From an uncultured Desulfovibrionaceae bacterium (GTDB lineage: Bacteria; Desulfobacterota; Desulfovibrionia; Desulfovibrionales; Desulfomicrobiaceae), in the NCBI GenBank assembly GCA_964384665.1, contig CAYLNA010000003.1, positions 1-39,275 of the forward strand: DNA of 39,275 nucleotides. Reading direction: 5' to 3'. The notes under the pieces are model-generated. The model was not told the origin of the DNA, did not search any database, and worked only from the letters and a program-made list of their open reading frames with translations. The position numbers were made by a program, and so were the translations under genes. Every line of letters begins with the position of its first letter. Position 1 is the stretch's first letter. Shown here piece after piece: positions 13,573-22,584 of the stretch.

Positions 13573-14451
13573 CTAGCGCGTAGCATTGATGTTCTGGAGC
13601 GCTGAATACAAGGCCTGGGTGCCCATGTTCTCCAGCCCCTGGGCCATGGCCGCCACATAAAGCTGCTCGACCAGGGCCAAACCGGGCAGCGCGATGCGCA
13701 TGCGCTTGGCCTCGGCCAGGGCGATGCCCATGTCCTTCACAAAATGCTTGATGTAAAATCCGGGCGCGAAGTCATCCTGGGCGATACGCCGACCCAGATT
13801 GTTGATGGACCAGGACCCGGCCGCGCCGCTGCCGATGACGTCGATCACGGCGTCCATGCCCAACCCGGCCCGCACGGCGTACAGCAGGGATTCGACCACT
13901 CCGATCATGGTTCCCGCGATCAGGATCTGATTGCTCATCTTGGTGTGCTGACCCGCGCCAGGGCCGCCCATGAGCCGAATGTTCTGGCCCATGCTCTCGA
14001 ACAAAGGCAGGGTGCGGCCAAAGGCGTTCTGCTCCCCGCCGACCATGATGGCCAGGGTCGCGTTGCGCGCGCCCAGATCTCCGCCGGAAACCGGAGCGTC
14101 CAAGGCGAAAATGCCCCGGGCCTTGGCTGCGGCGTGAATCTCCACGGCCAAGCCCGGCTCCGAGGTGGTCATGTCCACCACCACCGCGCCCGGAGCGGCC
14201 TGGTCCACGATTCCGTTCTCGCCCAGATAGACCGAGCGGACATCGGCCGGATAGCCGACAATGGAAAAGACGAATTCCGCGTCTCGCGCCACGTCGCCTG
14301 GACTCGCGCACCACTGGGCCCCGGCCGCGAGAACGCTCTCGGCCGACTCCTTGGTCCTGGTGTGCACCTTGACCGTGTGCCCGGCCCGCAACAAATGTCC
14401 GCACATGGACCGTCCCATGACCCCAATACCGACCCAACCAATTACGCTCAC
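13573..14451 (-). CDS. NAD(P)-dependent beta-hydroxyacid dehydrogenase (3-hydroxyisobutyrate dehydrogenase / 2-hydroxy-3-oxopropionate reductase family)
   Basis: GWVGIGVMG, DAPVSGG, GAGQHTKMSNQ, KDMGIA motifs. GTG start with AAGGAGG RBS. Confidence 0.92.
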   Translation of the reverse strand: MSVIGWVGIGVMGRSMCGHLLRAGHTVKVHTRTKESAESVLAAGAQWCASPGDVARDAEFVFSIVGYPADVRSVYLGENGIVDQAAPGAVVVDMTTSEPGLAVEIHAAAKARGIFALDAPVSGGDLGARNATLAIMVGGEQNAFGRTLPLFESMGQNIRLMGGPGAGQHTKMSNQILIAGTMIGVVESLLYAVRAGLGMDAVIDVIGSGAAGSWSINNLGRRIAQDDFAPGFYIKHFVKDMGIALAEAKRMRIALPGLALVEQLYVAAMAQGLENMGTQALYSALQNINATR

Positions 14452-14592
14452 GCGACCTCCTTGCGTTGAAAAACAACATACAAATTCAGTACCAATATTT
14501 CCAGATAGATCAGAAGCCCGGAAAAAAAAGAATCGCCGCCACGATTGCGAGAAATATAAAAAAAAAGAAAGAATTCAGGAGATTAAAAATCG

Positions 14593-14635
14593 TTGCCAAA
14601 AAATACAAACATGCTTATAAGGATAAATTATCCTT
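14593..14635 (+). promoter_or_regulatory. Sigma70-like promoter with an overlapping palindromic operator
   Basis: TTGCCA(14593)-N17-TATAAG(14616). Perfect inverted repeat AAGGATAA-A-TTATCCTT at 14619-14635. Confidence 0.5.
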
Positions 14636-14663
14636 TAGTACTTTTTTCTGAAGCGAGGTTCCC

Positions 14664-14984
14664 ATGATTTGCTCAAAATGCGGTTGCGACGGTGTGACCG
14701 AAAATATCATTTCCTACCAAATGGAATGCCGCAACCACCTCTTCTGCTTCGAAGATGTTCCAGCGCCCAAATGCCCGGAATGCGGACACGTGATCATTTC
14801 CGAGGAAGCCATGTCAATTATGCTGGCCAAGATCTCCCAACTCTCCCAAAAAGCGACTATTTCTTATCATAGATGCCGCTGGCCCAAAGCACAACTCATG
14901 GACGAACAAGCCCAACTGGCCGCTTCGACCCAAGCCGCCGCAGAACTCGTCGAGACCATCAACAAAAGCGCCCGCAAGGCCTGA
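14664..14984 (+). CDS. YgiT-type (MqsA N-terminal-like) zinc finger protein
   Basis: MICSKCG...FEDVPAPKCPECGHVIISEE matches the CxxC...VPAxxCxxCG(E) YgiT-finger pattern. GAGG RBS. Confidence 0.8.
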   Translation: MICSKCGCDGVTENIISYQMECRNHLFCFEDVPAPKCPECGHVIISEEAMSIMLAKISQLSQKATISYHRCRWPKAQLMDEQAQLAASTQAAAELVETINKSARKA

Positions 14985-15020
14985 TCCGCCCACGCGGACG
15001 CCTTCACTGCTCGGAACAGC

Positions 15021-15058
15021 AAAAAGGCATGGATTTCCGGTGGAGATCCATGCCTTTT
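15021..15058. terminator. Bidirectional rho-independent terminator
   Basis: AAAAGGCATGGATTTCC-GGT-GGAGATCCATGCCTTTT between convergent genes. Confidence 0.85.
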
Positions 15059-15103
15059 CCTTGTTCCGCCCTTCAAACGCGGAGGCGGCCAGGGCCGCCC
15101 CGA

Positions 15104-18100
15104 TTACCAGGACTTGGAGCGCTGCGCTTCCAGGGCCTGAACTTGCTCCTCGTACGACGCAAACCCGGCCTGGTGCAGGGCATCCAGGACCGTGGTTTCC
15201 CAATCCCACGAAGAATAAATGACCGGCTTGTGGAAGATGCCCCGGAAGGCGGCCAGCTCCTGCCGATAGAACTCTTCCTTGGCGCTGCCCAGGTTGGACT
15301 GCATCTGCTCGTGCAGGCGCGCCAACTCGCCTTCGTACCAATCCATCAGATCCGCCGCGGACGTATTCTTCTTCAGAATGTGCTCGTAGCGGTTCTCGGC
15401 CAAAAGCATGTGCAGGCGGTCCAGATGCTGCTCCTTGAGCCAAGCGCCAAGTCCGGACAAGGGAATGTTCTCGGCCTCGACCTCGGCCACGTCGAGCTTG
15501 GTCTGCTGGTAGGTATCCGGCACGACCGAGGCGGACACGATGCCGGCGATGCAGACCAGACCCCGGATGATCTTGGAGTTGGACACGCCCTGACCGCAGA
15601 ATCCAACCTTCTTGCCGAACTTCTGGCCGGTGAAGATGGTGGTCAGAATGGCCCAGACCACGGCCGGGTCTTCCTCGTCGTAGATGTGGCGCAAACGGGC
15701 GTTGTCGCGGTCCGTGCCCAACACCAACTGCGTCATGTCATTGGAGCCGATGGAGAATCCATCGAACTCGCGCAGAAATTCCTTGGCCAGGACGGCATTG
15801 CTCGGGATCTCCGACATGAGAATGATCTTCAGGCCGCTGTCCCCGGAATGGATGTTGTGGACCTGCTCCAGGTAGCGTTTCTGAGACCGGGCTTCTTCCA
15901 GGGTGCGCACGAACGGCAGCATCAGATGCAGGTTGACGCCGCCAAAAGCGCCGCGCGCCAGCTTGAAGGCTTCCAGCTCCCAATCATGGATATTGCGGGA
16001 CACGCCGCGATAGCCGAGCATCGGGTTGTCCTCGACGCCCTCGAAGAGCAGGCCGCCCAGCAGGTTGCGGTATTCGTTGGTCTTGTAGTCCGTGGTGCGG
16101 TAAACGATGGTCTTGCCGTGGAAGGCCATGGCGAACAGAGCCAAACCCTGAGCCAGGCTCTGGATGTAGAGTTCCTTGCCGCTGCGGTAGCCGCGCGACT
16201 TGAGGATGTCCTCGATTTTCCGGGGCAGGGTCCGCACGGTTTCCATTTCCTGCTGAAGGCCGACCTTCTTGGCCACGTCCTCGCGCAGGGCCGCGATTTT
16301 GGCCAGGGTGTCGACAATGACCGGCTCCTGGGCGATGCGGGCCACGTTGGCGGCGATGGAATCCTGAATCTCGAGACGACGCCGCTGGGATTGGGCGTCA
16401 TTGCCCAAATTCTCCATTTCATCGGCATAGCCCATGATCACGGCCACGTGGTCCTTCAGGCAATTGGAAGTCTTGAGCACCTCGAAACGCTGCGTGGCGT
16501 ATTCCAGATGTTCGTCCAGCTTCTTGTCCAATTCGCGCAACTGGCGATGGATGGCCAGGACCTCGTCCGTGCCCTTGGCTCCCTCGCGTTCGGTCAGCTC
16601 CTCCATCTTGCGGGCCAGGCCCGTGACGATGCCGACATAGCTGCGCAGCTTGATGTCCAGGGAGATGGTTCCGGTGGCCATCTGCTCGGACACGATCTTG
16701 GTCAGATCATTTTCCAGGGCCGTGAGCTTGGAGCTGACCACGCTGTCCAGATTCCCCAGGTCAAAGGCTTCCAGGGCCAGGGGATGGACGCCGATGTTGC
16801 CGAGCATGAACTCGGCCCGAAGCAGCCCGACCTCGAAATCCGGCACCTCGCGCAGGCGGGACAGGAACAGGGACTGCCCCACGTCGGCCAGGATCAGCCC
16901 GACCTTGGTCTTGGTGGCGGGCAGCTTGCTGACGTCGATCTCTCCGCCGACCTCGACCAAGGGCAGCAGGCCGCGATAGACCCGGCCCCGGGACCCGTCC
17001 ACGGTCACCTCGTGGCCGTCCAGGGCGCGCAGCTTTTCCGGACGCTTGATGCCGATGACCGCCGGGATGCCCAATTCGCGCGAGGTGATGGCCGCGTGAC
17101 TGGTGTCGCCGCCGGCGTCGGCCATGATGGCCGAGGCGATGCGCATGCCCGGAACCATGTCCGGATCGGTCCGCTCCGCCGCCAGGATGTTGCCCTTGTT
17201 GATCTTGTTCAGTTCCAGCGCCGAACGCAGATAGCGGACCATGCCCTGGCCCGCGCCGCGGGACGCGCCGTTGCCTTCCAGCAGAATCTCGGCTTCCTTG
17301 GCGGCTGCGGGGTCCACTTCCTTGCGGCGCATGAAGATGGTGTGGGGATGGTTTTCCAGGTCCTCGTTCCAGCGCGTTTCTGGACGGGCCTGCACGAACC
17401 AGAGACGATCCCACTGGTCGATGCAGAATTCCGAATCCATGATCATGCCGCCATAGCCCTTGCTGATGCAACGCACGCCCTTGGCCACGGACTCGGCCTG
17501 GGCCAGGGACAGGGACCAGCGATAGGCCATCTCGTCCGGCACTTCCTCGACCTTGGTGCCCCGCCCGGACTCCTTGTAGACGATGCGCTTGTCCTTGCAG
17601 CCCATGTAACGGATGACGATTTCCTGACCGTCCTCGCGCTGAAAGACATAAAACTTATCCGGAGTGACCAAGCCGCCGACAACGGCCTCGCCCAAGCCAT
17701 AGCTGGCGTCGATGGAGACCAGATCATTGCGCACCGTGCCCCGGCAGCCCGTGGAGGTGTCGGCGGAAAAGGCCGTGCCGGAAATGACCGGATTGATCAT
17801 GCGCATGATGCACACGGACAGGGACGTGTTCTCGATGGCCCATTCCTGCTTGGCCTTGACCGCGATCTGGTCGTCACCGGTCTGCTCGGCCTTGGCCACG
17901 GCATCGAGAATGGCCTCGCGGCGATAGGTCATGGAGCGCAGGTTATAAGCCGAGGCGCAATCCCAGTGATAGGCCTGGGCGACATAATTCTCGCCGACGA
18001 TGTTGAGATAGGTGTCCTGCAGGCCGGCGAAAGCCTTCTTGCGGCTGTCCTCGCCGGCGGCCGAGGAGCGCACGGCCACGGGCTCGTTTTCCAGACCGGC

Positions 18101-18697
18101 TTCCTTGCAGATTTCCAGATAGGCCCCGCGCACGGCGTCGGCGACGTCCTTGGGCAGGTCCACGGACAAGATGGCCACCTGCACCAGGACCGAACGCTTG
18201 CGCAGCTGATCGATACCCTCGGGAGAGACCGCGAAGCCCTCGACCACGTTGTTGACGAAGGTGCGCAAGCGGATCAGCGTGCCGTCCTGGCGCTTGGCCG
18301 CGTCCTTGGCTTCCTGGGCGGTGCGCCGCACGAATTTCTGCAGGAACTCCGAGTCCTTGTTGATCTCGGGATCGTTCCAATCCATGTTGTCATAGGCTTT
18401 GTCCACCGTGCTCCGGATGGTGGCCGCGTTGACCTTGGTCTCGTCCAGGAGCTTATGAAAGGCGATGGAGGAGATGGCTCTAAATTGTGGAGCCCGAATG
18501 CCTTCGATGGTGCTGATGATCGCGGTGTTGTAATTCTTGCCGCCAACCAAAAGCTCCGCATCCTCGCCAATGGTCACGATATCCTTGCCCGTCAGAACCA
18601 GTTGCTTCTGAATCTGCTCAATTTGCGTGGTGTTCACCGCGACCTCTTCCGGCGTTTCGGTTTTCTTCTTAGAACCCTTTTTCTCGCTCTCGACCAT
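15104..18697 (-). CDS. ppsA: Phosphoenolpyruvate synthase (pyruvate, water dikinase), long form
   Basis: VGGKNYN, VAVRSSA..ED...AFAG, GLGEAVVGG, VQARPET, phospho-His motif GGDTSHAAI, EDNPMLGYRG, FSIGSNDMTQ, FCGQG. Start set at ATG 18697 after GAGGAGGAG. Confidence 0.93.
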   Translation of the reverse strand: MVESEKKGSKKKTETPEEVAVNTTQIEQIQKQLVLTGKDIVTIGEDAELLVGGKNYNTAIISTIEGIRAPQFRAISSIAFHKLLDETKVNAATIRSTVDKAYDNMDWNDPEINKDSEFLQKFVRRTAQEAKDAAKRQDGTLIRLRTFVNNVVEGFAVSPEGIDQLRKRSVLVQVAILSVDLPKDVADAVRGAYLEICKEAGLENEPVAVRSSAAGEDSRKKAFAGLQDTYLNIVGENYVAQAYHWDCASAYNLRSMTYRREAILDAVAKAEQTGDDQIAVKAKQEWAIENTSLSVCIMRMINPVISGTAFSADTSTGCRGTVRNDLVSIDASYGLGEAVVGGLVTPDKFYVFQREDGQEIVIRYMGCKDKRIVYKESGRGTKVEEVPDEMAYRWSLSLAQAESVAKGVRCISKGYGGMIMDSEFCIDQWDRLWFVQARPETRWNEDLENHPHTIFMRRKEVDPAAAKEAEILLEGNGASRGAGQGMVRYLRSALELNKINKGNILAAERTDPDMVPGMRIASAIMADAGGDTSHAAITSRELGIPAVIGIKRPEKLRALDGHEVTVDGSRGRVYRGLLPLVEVGGEIDVSKLPATKTKVGLILADVGQSLFLSRLREVPDFEVGLLRAEFMLGNIGVHPLALEAFDLGNLDSVVSSKLTALENDLTKIVSEQMATGTISLDIKLRSYVGIVTGLARKMEELTEREGAKGTDEVLAIHRQLRELDKKLDEHLEYATQRFEVLKTSNCLKDHVAVIMGYADEMENLGNDAQSQRRRLEIQDSIAANVARIAQEPVIVDTLAKIAALREDVAKKVGLQQEMETVRTLPRKIEDILKSRGYRSGKELYIQSLAQGLALFAMAFHGKTIVYRTTDYKTNEYRNLLGGLLFEGVEDNPMLGYRGVSRNIHDWELEAFKLARGAFGGVNLHLMLPFVRTLEEARSQKRYLEQVHNIHSGDSGLKIILMSEIPSNAVLAKEFLREFDGFSIGSNDMTQLVLGTDRDNARLRHIYDEEDPAVVWAILTTIFTGQKFGKKVGFCGQGVSNSKIIRGLVCIAGIVSASVVPDTYQQTKLDVAEVEAENIPLSGLGAWLKEQHLDRLHMLLAENRYEHILKKNTSAADLMDWYEGELARLHEQMQSNLGSAKEEFYRQELAAFRGIFHKPVIYSSWDWETTVLDALHQAGFASYEEQVQALEAQRSKSW

Positions 18698-18813
18698 CTT
18701 CTCCTCCTCTCGTGCGCGTATCTTCACCCCAAATGGGCGGCCAGAAAAAAAACTGGGCATGGGGTACATGCCCGAATCGTGGTCAGTCAATAAGTCCGTG
18801 CATGTATGACATG

Positions 18814-18880
18814 AAAAAAAAGAGCGGCACAGCTCTTGACGTGAAAAGGCGGGCCCGCGCGGACCCGCCTTTTCACGTCA
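18814..18880 (-). terminator. Tandem hairpins/terminator after pyc
   Basis: 17-bp inverted repeat TGACGTGAAAAGGCGGG/CCCGCCTTTTCACGTCA (18837-18880), then AAGAGC-N6-GCTCTT and a T-run on the minus strand. Confidence 0.7.
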
Positions 18881-21800
18881 GACTTTTTGGCCGCAACACG
18901 GACAGAACTTGAATTCGTCACGGGTCACGGGCGCCGCGCAGGTCGGACATTTCCGGGGCGCGGGAACCAGGACGACCAAAAGTTCTCCCTCCTTGATGGG
19001 CACCATCTTCTTGTCCTCCTGGTAATCGGCGACCTTGAGCACCCGCTCGACCATGCCATCGACGGGCGACAGAATCGATTTCTCCTGCTTCATGATGGAG
19101 ATATTGAAGAGTTCCTCGCCCTTCTTGACCATGTCCCCGGGCTTGACGTGCATGACCCAGAGGTCGCCGCTGGAAGGCGAACCAACCTGATACGGATCGC
19201 GCGGATCGGCTATTTCCACTCCGGCCTCGTCCTTGCCCACGGCCTCGGCCACCTTGACCTGCATCGAAAAGGACTCGGAATCCACGGTGTAGGACACCAG
19301 GCTCATGCCGTGGTCATCGGGGCGCGAAACGTGTTTCATGGACAGGACATGATGCTTGCCGCTGGAGTCCTTGAACATGGTCTCGTCCCCAGCCTTCAGG
19401 CCGTCGAACCAGACATGCAGCGGCAGACGGTTGCAATCCCCGTATTTGGCCGCGAACTTGATGGTGGTCAGGGCGTCGCCGGGATGGTTCAGGTACATGA
19501 CCAATTCTTCCTCGGTCGGCGTGCGGCCGATGTGCTCGGCCAGACTCTGCTGCTCCTTGATCATGTCCACGTCATGGAGCGTGGTCAGGGGCGAGCATTC
19601 CGTGCGGCGGGCGATGGCCTCCCGGTAGTCCGAGCCAAACGCGGACTCATAGACCCAATCCGGTGGAAAGCCCAGGGGCAGACGGCCGAACTTACCCAGC
19701 AACAAATCGCGGAAGGCGTCGTTGGCGTCCTGATAAATCTTCAACCGTTCGGTCCTGATTTCCTCGGTCAAGGCCTCCTCGGGCAGGGTCACGACCTGAT
19801 CGAGGACGGTCAACAATTTGCGCAGCCCCCGCCGGCCGCCGCGTTTGTAGGCCCCGGTCACGGCCAGGAAAGCCGTGTTCCAGGTGATCTGGGAACCGGG
19901 CGTGACGTCATGGTAGCGGACGATCTTGCGGATGCCGGCCAGGAATTTGAGCATGAACGGCAGGAGGTGGATATACCCCTGTTTCATGGCCCCTTCCTGG
20001 GACGATGAGGTCGCGCCGCCGGGCATGCCGTGCTCGATGACATCATAATCGATGCCCTGGAAATAGGGTGCTGTGTAGCGGTCGTAATAGGGCATGATCT
20101 GCTTCAGGACAAAACCACAGCTGCGGATCATGTCCTTGTTCAAATTGGTCTTGAGCCCCAGCTCTTCCAGGTAGGCCGCCGTGGACAGAACCTCGCCCTG
20201 ACCGTACCAGCGCACCGAGGCGCCAATGGCCGTGTCGACGATGTGCGCCCCGGCCTTGGCTGCGGCCGCCACGGCCGGCACGAACAGACCGTCCGTGTAA
20301 TGCCGGTGCGAATGGACGATCAGTTCCGGATAGGCGGCGCGGATGGCCGAGACCAGTTCGGTCATGAAGATCGGCGGACAGACTCCGGCCATATCCTTGA
20401 GGCCCAAAATGATCAGGCGTTCGGCCTTCCGTTTCGAGCACCCCGCCACCTGGGCGGTCATGTCGATGATCTCCTGCACCACGCCCAGGTAATGCGGAAC
20501 GTCGAAACCCTTGGCCCAGGACAAGGAAATGGCCGGCTCCCAGATATTGGTCCGGGAATTCAGCGCGACCTCGGCGAAGGGCCGCATGTTCTCGATATGG
20601 TTCAGGAAGTCGAAGCAGCGGATAACGTCGTAGTGTTCGCAGATCATCTCTCCGGTGCGACGCATGAGGTTGCGCGGCTGGGGCTTGTAGCCCAGGACGT
20701 TGGTGGAGCGGATCAGGATCTGCTTCAAGGTCTTGGGCGCGAACTCATTCCATTCCCGGGCCTCGGTGAAGGGATAGGTCATGTTCGCGAGCATGGCCAC
20801 GTGGAAGTGCGCCCCACCGCCGTTCTCCAGGGAGAAAAAGCCGCAGTTGTCCAGATAGGGGCCGATGATGCGGTCCTCGGCCAGGCGGAAGCGGTTGCCG
20901 GAGTTGGACTGGGTGATGTCGCGGGTCGTGGTGTCCGAAAAATGGACATGATCGGAATCGCGGATATAGGCCAGGGTCGCGTCGCGGTCTCCGCGCGGAT
21001 AAGGATATTCGTAGTACTCAGGCTCGATGGGCGGCAGGGAGGGCCGGAAGGCCTCCATGCGCTTGCCCTCGCGGGTCCGGTATTCACCGAGCTTCACATA
21101 AGGGTTGTAGCCATGGGCGGAAATCTCGGCCACAAGGCGGGACAAGCGCACGGCCTCGGACTCCTTGTCCATGTAATTCATCAGCTCCGGCGAGCGGCCC
21201 ACGAAATTGGTGTCGTATTCTCCATCGCGGAAGCGGGGATGGGCGATGATCTGGCGGTGAAAGGGAATGGTCGTCTTGACTCCGCCAATGATGTACTCGC
21301 CCAGGGCCCGCTCCATGATCCCGAGCACCTTGCCCCACTGCGGCCCATAGGCGATGAGCAGGGACGCCGCCGAATCATACTGGGACGGGAACTCATACCC
21401 GCTGCACACGCAGGAATCCACGCGCACGCCCGGGCCGCCCGGAGAAAGATAGCGGGTGATGCGCCCGGCATTGGGCGTGAACCCCTGCTGCGGGTCCTCG
21501 CAGTTGACGCGGACCTGCATGGCGTGACTCTGGGGCTTGTTCAGCTCGTCGGACAGACGCAGCTTGGCGCCGAAGGCGACGGCGATCTGCTCCTCGACGA
21601 GATCGATGCCGTAGCGGCACTCGGTGATGCCGTGCTCCACCTGCAGCCGGGTGTTGACCTCGATCAGGTACGGACGGCCCGAGCCATCGACCAGGAATTC
21701 CACCGTGCACAGCGAATGGTAGCCCACGGCCCGGACCAGCTGGCGCGAGTATTCCTTGAGCTGATCGCGCAGTTCCGGGGTCATGCCCGGCCAGGGCGAG

Positions 21801-22567
21801 GGCGTGATCTCGACCAGCTTCTGGTGGTTGCGCTGGACCGTGCAATCGCGCTCGTCAAAGGCGAAAACATTGCCGTACTTATCGGCGATGACCTGAATCT
21901 CGATATGGCGCACGGAGGTCAGCAGGCGCTCCACATAGAGACGCGGATTGCCGAAGGAAGCCTGGGCCAGGGTCGACGCCTTGACAAAGGCGTCGGACAG
22001 CTGGTCCTCGCTGAAGACCTCGTAAATGCCCCGCCCGCCGCCGCCGCCCTCGGCCTTGAGCATGACCGGCAGGCCGATCTCGGCCGCGACCTGCTTGGCC
22101 TCGTCCACGGACACGGCCCCCTCGGAGCCCGGCACAACGGGAATGTTCAGCTTCTGGGCCAGCACGCGGACCTGAACCTTGTTGCCCAGCAGGCGCATGG
22201 CCTCGGAGGTCGGACCGATGAACAGGATGCCGGCTTCGGCGCATTTGGACGGGAAGGAGTCGTCCTCGGAGGCGAAGCCCCAGCCGGGATGGATGGCGGC
22301 CACGCCACGGGTCTTGGCCATGGCGATGATTTTGTCGATATCCAGATATGCCCGCGGATTTTCCCCCAGATGGAGCAGTTCCTGGGCCCCGGCGGTGAAG
22401 GGAGCGGTCTTGTCCACGTCCGTGGCCGTGATCATGGGCACGGCCTGAAACACTTCCTTGATGGACCGGACAATACGTCTGGCGGGGATGCCACGGTTGG
22501 CGACAAGAATCTTCTTGCCGCGAATCTCCTTGGCGATGTCCTCAAAACTGCAAGGTGTCTGCGACAT
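18878..22567 (-). CDS. pyc: Pyruvate carboxylase (single chain BC-CT-BCCP)
   Basis: KKILVANRG, HPGWGF, GGGGRG, EVNTRLQVEH (biotin carboxylase); DTTTRD..QS, LKDMAG, MPGG (carboxyltransferase); IMKQE biotinyl-Lys motif. Start trimmed to ATG 22567. Confidence 0.93.
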   Translation of the reverse strand: MSQTPCSFEDIAKEIRGKKILVANRGIPARRIVRSIKEVFQAVPMITATDVDKTAPFTAGAQELLHLGENPRAYLDIDKIIAMAKTRGVAAIHPGWGFASEDDSFPSKCAEAGILFIGPTSEAMRLLGNKVQVRVLAQKLNIPVVPGSEGAVSVDEAKQVAAEIGLPVMLKAEGGGGGRGIYEVFSEDQLSDAFVKASTLAQASFGNPRLYVERLLTSVRHIEIQVIADKYGNVFAFDERDCTVQRNHQKLVEITPSPWPGMTPELRDQLKEYSRQLVRAVGYHSLCTVEFLVDGSGRPYLIEVNTRLQVEHGITECRYGIDLVEEQIAVAFGAKLRLSDELNKPQSHAMQVRVNCEDPQQGFTPNAGRITRYLSPGGPGVRVDSCVCSGYEFPSQYDSAASLLIAYGPQWGKVLGIMERALGEYIIGGVKTTIPFHRQIIAHPRFRDGEYDTNFVGRSPELMNYMDKESEAVRLSRLVAEISAHGYNPYVKLGEYRTREGKRMEAFRPSLPPIEPEYYEYPYPRGDRDATLAYIRDSDHVHFSDTTTRDITQSNSGNRFRLAEDRIIGPYLDNCGFFSLENGGGAHFHVAMLANMTYPFTEAREWNEFAPKTLKQILIRSTNVLGYKPQPRNLMRRTGEMICEHYDVIRCFDFLNHIENMRPFAEVALNSRTNIWEPAISLSWAKGFDVPHYLGVVQEIIDMTAQVAGCSKRKAERLIILGLKDMAGVCPPIFMTELVSAIRAAYPELIVHSHRHYTDGLFVPAVAAAAKAGAHIVDTAIGASVRWYGQGEVLSTAAYLEELGLKTNLNKDMIRSCGFVLKQIMPYYDRYTAPYFQGIDYDVIEHGMPGGATSSSQEGAMKQGYIHLLPFMLKFLAGIRKIVRYHDVTPGSQITWNTAFLAVTGAYKRGGRRGLRKLLTVLDQVVTLPEEALTEEIRTERLKIYQDANDAFRDLLLGKFGRLPLGFPPDWVYESAFGSDYREAIARRTECSPLTTLHDVDMIKEQQSLAEHIGRTPTEEELVMYLNHPGDALTTIKFAAKYGDCNRLPLHVWFDGLKAGDETMFKDSSGKHHVLSMKHVSRPDDHGMSLVSYTVDSESFSMQVKVAEAVGKDEAGVEIADPRDPYQVGSPSSGDLWVMHVKPGDMVKKGEELFNISIMKQEKSILSPVDGMVERVLKVADYQEDKKMVPIKEGELLVVLVPAPRKCPTCAAPVTRDEFKFCPCCGQKV

Positions 22568-22584
22568 GTATCTCTCCGTGCGCG

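Noticed and set aside
14619-14635. Palindrome as a Fur or PerR box
   Set aside because: GATAA and TTATC are separated by 1 nt rather than the 3 nt of the Fur 7-1-7 consensus, and it does not match TTATAATNATTATAA. Left unassigned.
14466-14651. Lys/Ile-rich 61-aa ORF
   Set aside because: TTG start without an RBS, and the composition simply reflects the A-rich divergent promoter region.
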